Notes: generated by a model from the letters alone, not told the origin. DNA of 64,000 bases from an uncultured Solirubrobacterales bacterium (GCA_963791095.1 CAWBRE010000012.1:9370-73369); one strand, 5' to 3'; shown: positions 21,083-31,166, counted from the first letter of the stretch. Numbers and translations are program-made.

Positions 21083-21170
21083 CTCCCAGGCCGCCCGACT
21101 TCGCGCTGTATCGATATAACCCGTGCCATAGCAGCCGGTAATCCGTGCAGCGCTTCAGAATCTCCCCCCG

Positions 21171-21191
21171 CCGGGGCCGCTCCGGCCCCGG
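21171..21191 (-). terminator. GC hairpin 3' of metK (9-bp stem, 3-nt loop)
   Basis: CCGGGGCCG-CTC-CGGCCCCGG, about 36 nt after the metK stop. No U-tract. Confidence 0.4.
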
Positions 21192-21226
21192 GACTGCCGC
21201 TCCGCCCGCGGAATCGCGCGCGTTCG

Positions 21227-22474
21227 CTACGCGGTTGCGGCCTCGACGCCTGCCGCGGCCTTGAGGGCCTCGGCGCGGTCGGTGCGCTCCCAGGTGAAGT
21301 CGGGGAGCTCGCGGCCGAAGTGGCCGTAGGCCGCCGTCTTCTGGAAGATCGGACGGTGCAGGTCGAGGTACTGGCGGAAGGCGCCGGGGCGCATGTCGAA
21401 CTCGGCTTCGACCAGCTGGGAGATGCGGTGGTCCGGGAGTTTGCCGGTGCCGAAGGTCTCGACCATCAGCGAGACCGGGTGGGCGACGCCGATCGCGTAG
21501 GCGACCTGGACCTCGCAGCGCTCAGCGAGGCCGGCGGCGACGACGTTCTTGGCCACGTAGCGGGCCGCGTAGGCGGCCGAGCGGTCGACCTTGGACGGGT
21601 CCTTGCCGGAGAAGGCGCCGCCGCCGTGGCGGGCCATGCCCCCGTAGGTGTCGACGATGATCTTGCGGCCGGTGAGGCCGGCGTCGCCGACCGGGCCGCC
21701 GATCACGAACTTGCCGGTCGGGTTGACGAGGAAGTCGTCGCGCAGCGCGCCCTCGTCGTACAGCCCGGGGACCTCCGACGCGAGCACCGGCATGATCACG
21801 TGCTCCCAGAGGTCGGGGCGGATCGTCCCCTGCGAGTCGACCCCCTCGTCGTGCTGGGTGGAGATCAGAAGTTTTTCCACCGCGACCGGGCGGCCGTCGG
21901 CGTAGCGCACCGTGACCTGGGTCTTGCCGTCGGGGCCGAGGTAGGGAAGCGTCTCGTCCTTGCGGACCGCCGCCAGCCGTTCGGCGAACCGGTGCGCGAG
22001 GTGGATCGGCATCGGCATCAGCGCCTCGGTCTCGTTCGAGGCGTAGCCGAACATCATGCCCTGGTCGCCGGCCCCGGCGATGTCGAGCTCGTCGTCGTCC
22101 GACGGGTCGGTGCGCGTCTCGTAGGCGTGGTCGACGCCCTGGGCGATGTCAGGGCTCTGTTTGTCGAGCGACACCAGCACCGAGATGTGGTCGCAGTCGT
22201 AGCCGTAGTTCGCGTCGTAGCCGATCCCGCGCACCGTCTCCCGCACGATCTCCGGGATGTCGATGTAGTTCTCCGTCGTGATCTCACCGGAGACGACCGC
22301 CATCCCGGTGTTCACCAGGGTCTCGCAGGCGACGCGGCCCTCCGGGTCCTCGGCGAGGATCGCGTCGAGGACGCCGTCGGAAATCTGGTCCGCGACCTTG
22401 TCGGGATGACCCTCGGTGACGGACTCGGACGTGAAGAGGTGCTCGCCCTCGGCGAGTGGCTTGGAAGTCGGCAT
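21227..22474 (-). CDS. metK: S-adenosylmethionine synthetase
   Basis: 415 aa. Motifs [44 protein letters not shown]. Confidence 0.97.
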   Translation of the reverse strand: MPTSKPLAEGEHLFTSESVTEGHPDKVADQISDGVLDAILAEDPEGRVACETLVNTGMAVVSGEITTENYIDIPEIVRETVRGIGYDANYGYDCDHISVLVSLDKQSPDIAQGVDHAYETRTDPSDDDELDIAGAGDQGMMFGYASNETEALMPMPIHLAHRFAERLAAVRKDETLPYLGPDGKTQVTVRYADGRPVAVEKLLISTQHDEGVDSQGTIRPDLWEHVIMPVLASEVPGLYDEGALRDDFLVNPTGKFVIGGPVGDAGLTGRKIIVDTYGGMARHGGGAFSGKDPSKVDRSAAYAARYVAKNVVAAGLAERCEVQVAYAIGVAHPVSLMVETFGTGKLPDHRISQLVEAEFDMRPGAFRQYLDLHRPIFQKTAAYGHFGRELPDFTWERTDRAEALKAAAGVEAATA

Positions 22475-22526
22475 CGTGGAAGCGTAGAGGAAAGGCCGGC
22501 GGGCCAGAAGCGGACTGACGTGCGTC

Positions 22527-23843
22527 CTAAAGTTTGCGCCCGCGCCCGCCCGAGTGCGGCACGAAGTCGATGATCAGCGGCACGCCCTCCAACCCGTAGG
22601 CCTCGCGCATCCGATTCTCCAGGTGGTAGGCCCAGTCGCGGCTGATCAGCTTGCGGTCGTTGACCTGGATCGCGATCCGCGGCGGGCTCTCCCCCACCTG
22701 CGCCGAGTAGTAGAGCCGCAGCCGGCGGCCGCGTTTGGCGGGCGGCGGCGTTTTGCCGACGACTTCGGCGACGAACTTGTTCAGCTCCGGGGTGGGGATG
22801 CGCGAGGCGGCGCGGTCGGCCAGCTCGAGCGCCTTCGGCAGCAGCGTGCCGACGTTGCGCCCGCGGGTTGCGCTGGCGGTGATCACGGCCGGCCGCAGGC
22901 GCGATTTGCGGCTGACCCGGATCCGCGCGTCGTCGATGTCGACCTCGCCGATGTCCCATTTGTTGAGGACGAAGAGCGTCGCGCAGCCCGCGTGCATCGA
23001 CATCTCGGCGATCCGCAGATCCTCGGAGGTGACCCCCTCGGCGGCGTCGCAGACGACGATCGACACGTCGGCCCGCTCGACCGCCCGTTCGGAGCGCAGC
23101 TGGGCGTAGTAGTCGATCGTCCCGGCGACCTTGGCGCGGCGCCGCAGCCCGGCGGTGTCGACCAGGATCACGCGTCGGCCCTCGACCTCGAGCTCGGTGT
23201 CGATCGAGTCGCGGGTGGTGCCCGCCATGTCGGAGACGATCACCCGGTCGGAGCCGAGGAAGGCGTTCACCATCGAGGACTTGCCGACGTTGGGGCGGCC
23301 GATGATCGCGACCCGGACCGCGTCGTCGTCCTCGTCGTTGCCCGGGTTGTCGCCGAGCGCGACGACGATCGCGTCGAGCAGGTCGCCGGTGCCGAGGCCG
23401 TGCGTTGCCGAGACCGCGAGCGGCTCGCCGAGCCCGAGCGAGTGGAACTCGGCGGTCGCGGCGTAGTCGTTGGGTCGATCGGCTTTGTTGACGACGACGA
23501 TCACCGGCACCTCGGCGCCGCGCAGCGTCCGGGCGAGGTCGGCGTCCCCGGCGCGCAGCCCGGCGCGGCCGTCGACCACCATCAGGATCGCGTCGGCCTC
23601 GTTGATCGCCAGACGGGCCTGGGACTGGATGTCGCGGGCCAGCTCGGCCTCGTCCTCGAGGTCGATCCCGCCGGTGTCGATCAGGTCGAAGCGGACCCCG
23701 TTCCATTCGGTCTCGAGGCGCTTGCGGTCGCGGGTCACCCCGGGCTCCGACGCGGTGACCGCCTCGGTGCCGCCGACCAGGCGGTTCACGAGCGTCGACT
23801 TGCCGACGTTGGGGAAGCCGACGATGGCGACGGTGGCGCTCAT
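22527..23843 (-). CDS. der: Ribosome-associated GTPase Der (EngA), two G domains plus KH-like domain; probably the C-terminal part of a Cmk-Der fusion
   Basis: 438 aa. Motifs [10 protein letters not shown] and GRPNVGKSS. There is no stop between the corrected cmk frame and this ATG. Confidence 0.93.
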   Translation of the reverse strand: MSATVAIVGFPNVGKSTLVNRLVGGTEAVTASEPGVTRDRKRLETEWNGVRFDLIDTGGIDLEDEAELARDIQSQARLAINEADAILMVVDGRAGLRAGDADLARTLRGAEVPVIVVVNKADRPNDYAATAEFHSLGLGEPLAVSATHGLGTGDLLDAIVVALGDNPGNDEDDDAVRVAIIGRPNVGKSSMVNAFLGSDRVIVSDMAGTTRDSIDTELEVEGRRVILVDTAGLRRRAKVAGTIDYYAQLRSERAVERADVSIVVCDAAEGVTSEDLRIAEMSMHAGCATLFVLNKWDIGEVDIDDARIRVSRKSRLRPAVITASATRGRNVGTLLPKALELADRAASRIPTPELNKFVAEVVGKTPPPAKRGRRLRLYYSAQVGESPPRIAIQVNDRKLISRDWAYHLENRMREAYGLEGVPLIIDFVPHSGGRGRKL

Positions 23844-24498
23844 CGGTGCTCCACCTGAGTGACCAAGGCCGCGTTCGCGGGCGAGCTTGACTACGCGGCC
23901 GACTACCTCTTCCAGAGCTGAAGCCGGTGGTGTCGAGCTCGACCGCGTCCTCGGCGGCGCGCAGGGCGCCGTGCTCGCGCTCGGTGTCGCGGGCGTCGCG
24001 CCGGCGTTGGGCCGCCAACACCGAGGCCTCGTGCTCGCCGGTCTCCGCCGCGCGGCGCCGCGCCCGCTCCTCGTCGGAGGCGGTGAGGAAGATCTTCAGC
24101 GGCGAGTCGGGGCTGACCACGGTGCCGATGTCGCGGCCCTCGGCGACGTAGTCGCCCGTCTCGATCAGCTGTCGCTGCCGGGCCACCATCGCCTCGCGCA
24201 CCGCCGGGTGCACGGAGACGCGGGAGGCGTCGGCGGTCACCTCGGGGCGGCGGATCGCCTCGGAGACGTCGCGCCCGCCGAGCAGCACCCGGCGACCGTC
24301 GAAGCCGATCTCGAGCTTCTCCGCCAGCGGGCCGAGCGCGGCACCGTCGTCGGCGTCGACCCCGGCCTCCTGCGCCGCCAGGGCGACGCTCCGGTACATC
24401 GCCCCCGAGTCGAGGTAGGTGAAGCCGAGCTCGGCCGCGACGGCGCGGGCCACGGTTGACTTGCCGGCCCCGGCGGGGCCGTCGATCGCGATCACCAT
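23844..24498 (-). CDS. cmk: Cytidylate kinase; frame broken by one extra base near 23936. The corrected frame runs into der.
   Basis: [38 protein letters not shown] reads in one frame. [41 protein letters not shown] reads in the +1 frame, which is the der frame. The run-on ORF 22312..24498 is an artefact. Confidence 0.85.
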
Positions 24499-24527
24499 GG
24501 CGCCAGCGTACGGGTCGGGGCGCTTCG

Positions 24528-25877
24528 CTAGTGGACCGGGTCGTGCAGTGGCGGGCCCTGTTGCAGCGATCCGAGGTCGGACTCGAAGCCCGGGTAGCTG
24601 ACCGCGGCGGCCGCCATGTCGGCGACCTCGACCCCGTCGCGGGAGGCGGCGCCGGCGACCGCGCCGAGCATCGCGATGCGGTGGTCGCCGTGCGAATCGA
24701 TCGCCCCGCCGCGCAGGCCGCCGGTGCCCTCGATCACCATCCCGTCCTCGGTCGCCTCGACCTGGCCGCCGAGCGCCCGCAGGGCGTCGGTGACGGTGGC
24801 GATCCGGTCGGACTCCTTGCGGCGCAGCTCGGCCGCGTCGCGGATCGTCGTCGTCCCCTCGGCGAAGCAGGCGGCGAGGGCGACCAGCGGCAGCTCGTCG
24901 ATCGCCCGCGGCACGTCGGCGCCGCCTACCTCACATCCCTGGAGCCCGGAGTGGCCGACGCGGATGTCGCCGATCGGCTCGCCGCCGTCCTCGCCGAGCT
25001 CGGTGACCTCGATCCGCTCGGCCCCCATCCGGCGCAGGATGTCCAGCAGGCCGGTGCGGGTCGGATTGAGGCCGACCTGGTGCAGGAGCACGTCGCTGCC
25101 GGGGACGAGCGTCGCGGCGACGATGAAGAAGGCGGCCGAGGAGAAGTCGGCGGGGACGATGATGCGGCCCGGTTCGAGGCGCTCGGCCGGGGCGATCACC
25201 ACGGTGTCGCCCTCGCGGCGGACCTGGGCGCCGGCGGCGGCGAGCATGCGCTCGGAGTGGTCGCGGGTCGGCAGCGGCTCGACCACGCGGGTCTCGCCCT
25301 CGGCGACGAGGCCGGCGAAGAGCAGGCAGGACTTGACCTGGGCGCTGGCGACGGGCAGCTCGTAGGTGATGCCGTGGAGCGGCGCGCCTTCGATCCGCAG
25401 CGGCGGCAGACCGTCGTCGGCGCCGAGGATCGCGCCCATCTCCCGCAGCGGGTCCACCACGCGGTCGACCGGGCGCCTGCGGATCGACTCGTCGCCATCG
25501 AGCTTCCACATGCCCTGCGGCTGCCCGGCGAGCCAGCCCGGCAGAAGGCGCAGGAGCGTCCCCGCGTTGCCGACGTCGATCGACGCCGGGCGCGCGCCCC
25601 GCAGCCCCACGCCGGCGATCCGCAGCCGCGCCGAGCCGAGCCCGTCGTCCTCGCCGAGCGTGTCTGTGGCCGCCTCGCCGACCGCCCGCGCCCCGAGCGC
25701 CTGCACCGCGGCGAAGGTCGAGCGGGTGTCGGCGGCGTCGAGATAGCCGACGATGTCGGTCTCCCCCTCGCCCATCGCGGCGATCATCGCCGCCCGGTGG
25801 GAGATCGACTTGTCGGCGGGCGGGCGCAGCGCCCCGCGCAGGTGACCCAGGGGTTTGAAGTGGGTTCGGTCGCTCAT
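24528..25877 (-). CDS. aroA: 3-phosphoshikimate 1-carboxyvinyltransferase (EPSP synthase)
   Basis: 449 aa. Motifs PADKSISHRA, GNAGTLLRLL, RKESDRI. Confidence 0.93.
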   Translation of the reverse strand: MSDRTHFKPLGHLRGALRPPADKSISHRAAMIAAMGEGETDIVGYLDAADTRSTFAAVQALGARAVGEAATDTLGEDDGLGSARLRIAGVGLRGARPASIDVGNAGTLLRLLPGWLAGQPQGMWKLDGDESIRRRPVDRVVDPLREMGAILGADDGLPPLRIEGAPLHGITYELPVASAQVKSCLLFAGLVAEGETRVVEPLPTRDHSERMLAAAGAQVRREGDTVVIAPAERLEPGRIIVPADFSSAAFFIVAATLVPGSDVLLHQVGLNPTRTGLLDILRRMGAERIEVTELGEDGGEPIGDIRVGHSGLQGCEVGGADVPRAIDELPLVALAACFAEGTTTIRDAAELRRKESDRIATVTDALRALGGQVEATEDGMVIEGTGGLRGGAIDSHGDHRIAMLGAVAGAASRDGVEVADMAAAAVSYPGFESDLGSLQQGPPLHDPVH

Positions 25878-25886
25878 GGCCGGAAG

Positions 25887-26988
25887 CTATCCACCGGCGC
25901 CGACGACGGTCACGGAATGGCCCAATTGACGAACCAGGGCGGCGCCGCGCTCGGCCTGCTCCTCGCCGGCGACCCAGAGCGAGACCGCGCCGGAGGTCAT
26001 GTCCGGGGCCGGGTAGAGGGCCATGTCCTCGATGTTCACCCCGGCCTCGCCGAGCGCCAGCGCCAGCGTCGCCATCGTCCCCGGCTTGTTGGCGACGATC
26101 AGGCGCAGCTCGTGCAAAGGGCCATCGGGGCGCTCGGCTTCGAGCAGGCGGCGGCGGTCCTCGCCGGCGGCGGCGTGCCAGGCGGCGATCGCGGCGGTGT
26201 CGCCGGAGCGGATCAGGGACGCGGCCTCGGCGAGCCGGCGGGCGACCGCGTCAACCGAGTCGGCGACCGCCTCGGCGTTGGCGGCGAAGATGTCGGCCCA
26301 GATCGCCGGGTTCGAGCCGGCCACGCGGGTCGCGTCGCGGAAGCTCGGGCCGACCTCGGGCACCCGCTCGCCGCGCGCCAGGTCGGCGGCCGCCTCGGCG
26401 ACGAGGGCGTTGGCGACCGCGTGCGGCATCCCGCTCACCGTCGCCATCAGCCGGTCGTGGCCGGCGGCGTCGATCGCCTGGGGACGGGCGCCGAGCCCGG
26501 CGACGGCGCGCTGCAGGCGGTCGTAGAGGACGCCGTCGGAGGCCGCCGTCGGGGTCAGGTACCAGGTGGCGCCCTCGAAGAGGTCGGCGCGGGCGTTGGC
26601 GACCCCGGCGGTCTCGGCGCCGGCCAGCGGGTGGCCGCCGATGAAGCGCTGGTCGGCGCCGACCGCGGCGACGATCCCGCGCTTGGTCGAGCCGACGTCG
26701 GTGATCGCGGCCTCCGGCCCGGCTGTGTGCGAGCGCCGCGGCGGCGAGCTCCGGCAGCCGTCCCACGGGCGCCGCGCAGAAGACCACTTCGGCGCCCTCG
26801 CAGGCGGCCGCCACCGAGTCGGTGGCGGTGTCGGCGGCGCCGGTCGCGAGCGCCGCCTCGCGCGTCCCCGGATCCGGGTCGTAGCCCGCCACCACGGCGC
26901 CGAGGCGCGCCCGCGCGGCGAGCCCGATCGAACCGCCGATCAGCCCGACGCCGAGGATGGCGACCCGCGGCGCCGTCGAATCGCTCAT
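25887..26988 (-). CDS. tyrA: Prephenate dehydrogenase with C-terminal ACT domain; frame broken by one extra base near 26711-26724
   Basis: The N-terminus MSDSTAPRVAILGVGLIGGSIGLAA..AAAALAHS reads in ORF 26251..26988. AAITDVGSTKRGIVAAVGADQRFIGGHPLAGAE..MATVSGMPHAVANAL.. reads in the +1 frame (ORF 25887..26447). Confidence 0.88.
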
Positions 26989-27013
26989 CGACGCGCGGCC
27001 GCGCGACGCGCCC

Positions 27014-28092
27014 TCAGGCGCGGCGGGCCTGGACAGCGGAGGCGAGCCGGTCGAGCGCCTGCACGGTGTCCTCCCAGTCGAGGCAGGGGTCGGTGATCGA
27101 CTGGCCGTAGACGAGCGGCTCGCCCGGGCGCAGGTCCTGCCGCCCCTCGACCAGGAAGGACTCGAGCATCACGCCGGTGATCGCCTTGTTGCCGTCGGCG
27201 ACCTGGTCGGCGATTTCGCCCGCGGCGAAGAACTGTTTTTCCGGGTCCTTGCCGCTGTTGTCGTGGGAGGCGTCGATGACCAGGCGCTCCGGCAGGCCGG
27301 CGACGCCGAGCGTGACCAGCGCGTCCTCGACCTCGGGCACGTGGTAGTTCGGCATCCCGTGGCCGCCGCGCAGGATGATGTGGCAGTCGGGGTTGCCGGT
27401 GGTATGGAGGATCGCCGGGGCGCCGGTGTCGTCGATGCCGGCGAAGGCGTGCTGGGCGGCGGCGGCGCGGACCGCGTCGACCGCGACCTGGACGTTGCCG
27501 TCGGTGCGGTTCTTGAAGCCGATCGGCATCGAGAGGCCGGAGCTGAGCTGACGGTGGGTCTGGGACTCCGAGGTACGGGCGCCGATCGCCCCCCAGGCGA
27601 CGGTGTCGGCGATGTACTGCGGCGTGATCGGGTCGAGGAACTCGCAGCCGACCGGGAGGCCGAGCTCGACCACCTCGAGCAGCAGCTTGCGGGCGATCCG
27701 CAGGCCGGCGTTGACGTCGGCGGAGCCGTCGAGGTGCGGGTCGTTGATCAGGCCCTTCCAGCCGGTGGTCGTCCGCGGCTTCTCGAAGTAGACGCGCATC
27801 ACGACCAGCAGGTCGTCTTTGAGCAGGCGGGCCTGGGCGGCGAGGCGGTTGGCGTAGTCGAGCGCCGCCTTGGGGTCGTGCACGCTGCAGGGGCCGACCA
27901 CGACCATCAGCCGCGGGTCGCGACCGTGGAGGACGTCGACGACTTCCTGGCGGCCGCGGATGACCGCCTTGGTGCGCGCGTCGCCCAGGGGCAGCTCCTC
28001 GATGACCTTGCCCGGTGGGGTCAGCTCGACCACTTTGGCTATCCGCTGTTCACGGACGCCGTCTCGTTTGGCGCCCTGCATGCCGATGATCA
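27014..28092 (-). CDS. aroG: Class I (AroG/F/H-type) 3-deoxy-7-phosphoheptulonate (DAHP) synthase
   Basis: KPRTTTGWKGLINDP, ARTSESQTHR, IDASHDNS. Start taken at ATG 28092 (MIIGMQ), preceded by GAAAGGCGAAGGA. Confidence 0.9.
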
Positions 28093-28240
28093 TTTTTCCT
28101 TCGCCTTTCTCCAAAACGCTGCAATCGTAACTTCCCCTGGTGCAAGTGCGGACTTGTGTGTGCGCGAAGTCGCGCAACCGCATGGGCGGCGCCCGGCCGA
28201 AGACTGTCTCGGGGCGGCTGCGGGCCGCCGGGCCGGACGC

Positions 28241-28339
28241 CTAAGTAAATCGCCAGTAATACGCGGTGAAGGTGCCACGGCCGGTGGTCGCGCGGGGGGC
28301 GCGAGTGGATTCAGGAGCGGTGGTGGCGGTGCTCTTCAC
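28241..28339 (-). promoter_or_regulatory. Candidate 32-codon leader peptide ending ..GTFTAYYWRFT* about 150 nt upstream of aroG (possible aromatic amino-acid attenuator)
   Basis: Own translation from GTG 28339: MKSTATTAPESTRAPRATTGRGTFTAYYWRFT*. Five aromatic codons fall in the last nine. GC-rich alternative stems follow the stop. No clear SD or U-tract. Confidence 0.3.
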
Positions 28340-28387
28340 GACGTGAGGGTTGTACCACGCGGGCGAGCGCGGGTCCAGGGGCACGCA

Positions 28388-28447
28388 CCACTGTCCCCCA
28401 CCCTGGGGAAGGGGCCGGGGGAGGAATTCCTCCCCCTTCCTTCCCCT
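28388..28447. repeat. Family C element, copy 1, directly 3' of the hisC stop; contains the perfect palindrome GGGGGAGGAATTCCTCCCCC
   Basis: About 75% identical over about 60 nt to 33327-33386 (shared CTGTCCCCCACCC-GGGGAA..CTCCCCC..TTCCT). Confidence 0.7.
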
Positions 28448-28449
28448 CG

Positions 28450-29544
28450 TCAGCTCAGCAAAGGCGCAAGCGCCGTCAAAAACCGGTCGTCCTCGGCGCT
28501 GGTGCCATAGCTGACCCGGATGTGGCCCGGGTCGCCGAGCGGGGCTCCGGCGCGCACCGCGATGTCGGCCGCGGAGAGGCCCGCCAGCACCGCCGCTTCG
28601 GCGTTGTCGCCGAGGTCGATCCAGGAGAAGTTCGCCTGCGACTCCGAGGTCCAGAGCCCCAGCCCGCGCACGCCCTCCTGCACCCGGATCCGCTCGACCA
28701 CGGTGGATTCGATCCGCTCCAGCACGTCGTCTTGGTGCAGGATCGCCTCCGCCCCCGCCGCCTGGGCGAGCGCGTTGACGCTGAACGGCTGGCGCACCGC
28801 GTCGACCGCGGCGCGGAAGTTCGAGGACCCGATCGCGTAGCCGACCCGCAGCCCGGCGAGGCCGTAACACTTGCTGAAGGTGCGCAGCACGACCAGGTTC
28901 GGGAACTCCTTCAGCAGATCGAGGGAGTCGTCCGGATCGTCGTTGGTCTGGAACTCGATGTAGGCCTCGTCGAGGATCACCGTCACCCGCGCCGGCACCT
29001 TCTCGAGGAAGGCGGCGATCACGGCGACCGGGTGGTGCGTCGCGGTCGGGTTGTTCGGGTTGCAGACGACCAGCAACTGGGTCGCCGCGGTCACCTCGGT
29101 CGCCATCGCGTCGAGGTCGAGCGCGGCCCCCTCGCCGAGCGGTACGCGGATCTCCCGCGCCCCCGTCAGCGCCGGCAGGTACGGGTACATCGAGAAGCTC
29201 GGCCAGGCGTAGAGGATCTCGTCGCCCGGCTCGCAGAGCGCCGCGGCGGCGGCGAGCAGCAGGTCGCACGACCCGTTGCCGACGGCGATCCGCCCCGGCT
29301 CCTGTTCGTAGCGGTCGGCGAGCCGGCGCCGCAGCAGCGTCGCGTCGGGGTCCGGGTAGCGGTTCATCGACGCCGCCGCGCGCCCGATCGCCTCGACCAC
29401 CTTCGGGTGCGGCGGCCGCGGCGACTCGTTGGAGGCGAGCTGGGCGATCGTCCCCGCGGCGATCGCCTCCGGGGCCTGCCCGGTGGGCACGCCGGCCTGG
29501 TAGCCGGGCATCCGCGCCAGCTTCTCTGCGTAGGTGACCGTCAT
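28450..29544 (-). CDS. hisC: Histidinol-phosphate / aromatic aminotransferase (class II PLP enzyme)
   Basis: 364 aa. Motifs NESP, NPNNPTA, RTFSKCYGLAGLRVGY. Embedded in the aromatic biosynthesis block. Confidence 0.8.
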   Translation of the reverse strand: MTVTYAEKLARMPGYQAGVPTGQAPEAIAAGTIAQLASNESPRPPHPKVVEAIGRAAASMNRYPDPDATLLRRRLADRYEQEPGRIAVGNGSCDLLLAAAAALCEPGDEILYAWPSFSMYPYLPALTGAREIRVPLGEGAALDLDAMATEVTAATQLLVVCNPNNPTATHHPVAVIAAFLEKVPARVTVILDEAYIEFQTNDDPDDSLDLLKEFPNLVVLRTFSKCYGLAGLRVGYAIGSSNFRAAVDAVRQPFSVNALAQAAGAEAILHQDDVLERIESTVVERIRVQEGVRGLGLWTSESQANFSWIDLGDNAEAAVLAGLSAADIAVRAGAPLGDPGHIRVSYGTSAEDDRFLTALAPLLS

Positions 29545-29567
29545 CGCCGCAATTGTGCCGGGTCGCG

Positions 29568-29963
29568 CTACTGCGCGGCGTTGAGATCGGCGCGCAGCTT
29601 CTGCGTCTCGCCGATGTAGACGTGCTCGGGGACGGTGTCCTCGGGGGCGTAGTAATGCAGCATCACCCGGATCACCCGCTCCATCGAGCCCGGCACCGGG
29701 ATCTCGCGGCAGCAGAGCAGCGGCACCGTGTCCAGCCCGAGCTGCCGCGCCGCGACCGCGGGGAACTCCGCGTCGAGGTCGGCTGTGGTGGTGAAGATGC
29801 AGCTGACCATCGCCTCCGCCTCGAGCGCGTTGCGCTCGATCAGCGTCCGCATCAACTCGGCGCTCGCCGCGAGGATCGAATCCCGCTCGTTCACCTCCGC
29901 CTGCACCGCGCCGCGGAGCGCGAAGAGCCGTCGCTGAGGACCGTTGTAGCTGCCGACATCCAT
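29568..29963 (-). CDS. aroH: AroH-type monofunctional chorismate mutase
   Basis: C-terminal 131 aa of ORF 29568..30317, from MDVGSYNGPQRRLFALRGAVQ.. Motifs IFTTTADL and CCREIPVPG. Confidence 0.8.
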   Translation of the reverse strand: MDVGSYNGPQRRLFALRGAVQAEVNERDSILAASAELMRTLIERNALEAEAMVSCIFTTTADLDAEFPAVAARQLGLDTVPLLCCREIPVPGSMERVIRVMLHYYAPEDTVPEHVYIGETQKLRADLNAAQ

Positions 29964-30034
29964 GCGCCGCGCATCATTCCAGAGCGCAATGGGCGACGGC
30001 CCCGAGCCGAGACGGGGGCGAGTTCCCTTGCGCG

Positions 30035-30067
30035 GTGACTTATCCACCTGTGAGGGGGATAAGTCAC
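30035..30067. repeat. Family D hairpin, copy 1: GTGACTTATCC-ACCTGTGAGGG-GGATAAGTCAC
   Basis: 11-bp perfect stem. The loop/inner-arm motif CCCCC-N2-ACAGGTGGATAAG (reverse strand) recurs at 63066-63090. Confidence 0.7.
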
Positions 30068-31034
30068 CACGCAAGAGCTCAGGCCTCGCTGGGCCGACTC
30101 GCCGGGCGCCAGGAAGGCGTTGTGTCGAGGCGCCAGGTGGAAGCCCTCGGCATCTCGGCCCGCCAGGTGGATGGCATGGTGCGGGAAGGTCGCCTACTTC
30201 CCGTGTTTCGCGGCGCCCTTGCCTTGGGGCATGCGGCCATCGGGCCGCGGGCACGGATGCGGGCGGCGGGACTCGCCTGTCCAGGGTCGGTGATCTCGCA
30301 TCGGAGCGCGGCCGCATTGCTCGGGATCGGCAAGGTGGCGCCGGTCGTGGTCGACCTGATTCCTCTTCAGCAGCGCGGCCGGGGCATCGACGGGATCAAG
30401 GCTCACCGGGTTCCCTTCCCGAACCGAGCGGAATGGGGCTACGTTGGTGGGATCCCGGTCACGAGTGTGGCGCGGACGATCGTCGACCTGGCGGGGGTGC
30501 AAGGCGAAAGGCAACTGCGGGAATCGGTCGAGCGGGCGGCGACGGAGCGAATGCTGGACGTCGCCGGGATCGACGCGATCCTCGCCAATGGTCCGAAGCG
30601 AAGGGGAGCCCCGTGCCTTCGGCGGATCCTGGCCGACTGGCGGCCCGTCGCCGAAGCCGCGAAGTACGCCACCTTCCGCAGCCTCTTCGAGGCGAAGCTC
30701 CTGCCCTTGGTCGCCGCCACCGGACTGTCGCTCCCCCGATTCAACGCCCCGGTCCGCACGGCGGAGCGAACCCTCGAGGTCGACCTCCTCTGGGAGCACG
30801 CCCGCTTCGTCGTCGAAGCCGACAGCCGCAAGCACCACGGCATCGAGGTCGCCTTCGAGCGTGACCATCGCCGAGCCCGCGAACTGATTGCCGCCGGCTA
30901 TAGCCGTCCTCGGCGTCACCTGGCGCGAAGCGGAAACGAAGCCGCCCGCCGTCTTCGCCGTCATCCGCCAGGAGCTCGAGAAACGCGGCCCGCGGTCACC
31001 GGCCATCCGGACCCGGACTCGAGCCATCCCCTGA
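30035..31034 (+). CDS. DUF559 / AbiEi-like N-domain endonuclease-family protein; frame broken by one extra base near 30903
   Basis: ..GRLAGRQEGVVSRRQVEALGI..GIPVTSVARTIVDLAG..EVDLLWEHARFVVEADSRKHHG..RDHRRARELIAAGY reads in one frame. AVLGVTWREAETKPPAVFAVIRQELEKRGPRSPAIRTRTRAIP* reads in the +1 frame. The true start is uncertain, because the 5' end is the family D hairpin. Confidence 0.75.
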
Positions 31035-31112
31035 CGAGCCGTCCCCGACCGAGCCCCAGCGTCCCCTCACCGGCGCCAGAGCGACCCAGCGTCCCCCAGC
31101 GGCGCGGCGAAG

Positions 31113-31166
31113 CGCGGCCCCACTTTGCCCACCTAAGTGCCAGTGAGGTGGGCAAAGTGGGGCCGC
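31113..31166. repeat. Perfect 21-bp stem / 12-nt loop hairpin 3' of the second DUF559 gene
   Basis: GCGGCCCCACTTTGCCCACCT-N12-AGGTGGGCAAAGTGGGGCCGC, about 80 nt after the corrected stop. Confidence 0.75.

Noticed and set aside
19935-21226. Prophage or integrative element around the DUF559 pseudogene
   Set aside because: No integrase, transposase or phage-like ORF is recognisable. The region holds only one decayed gene plus hairpins and repeats.
22475-22526. SAM riboswitch upstream of metK
   Set aside because: The spacer is only 52 nt and directly follows the der stop. There is no room for an aptamer.
28093-28240. A clear intrinsic terminator completing the proposed aroG attenuator
   Set aside because: Several GC stems are present but none is followed by a U-tract. 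The only UUUU (about 28107-28110 on the transcript) lacks a convincing preceding hairpin. I therefore kept the attenuator as a hypothesis only.
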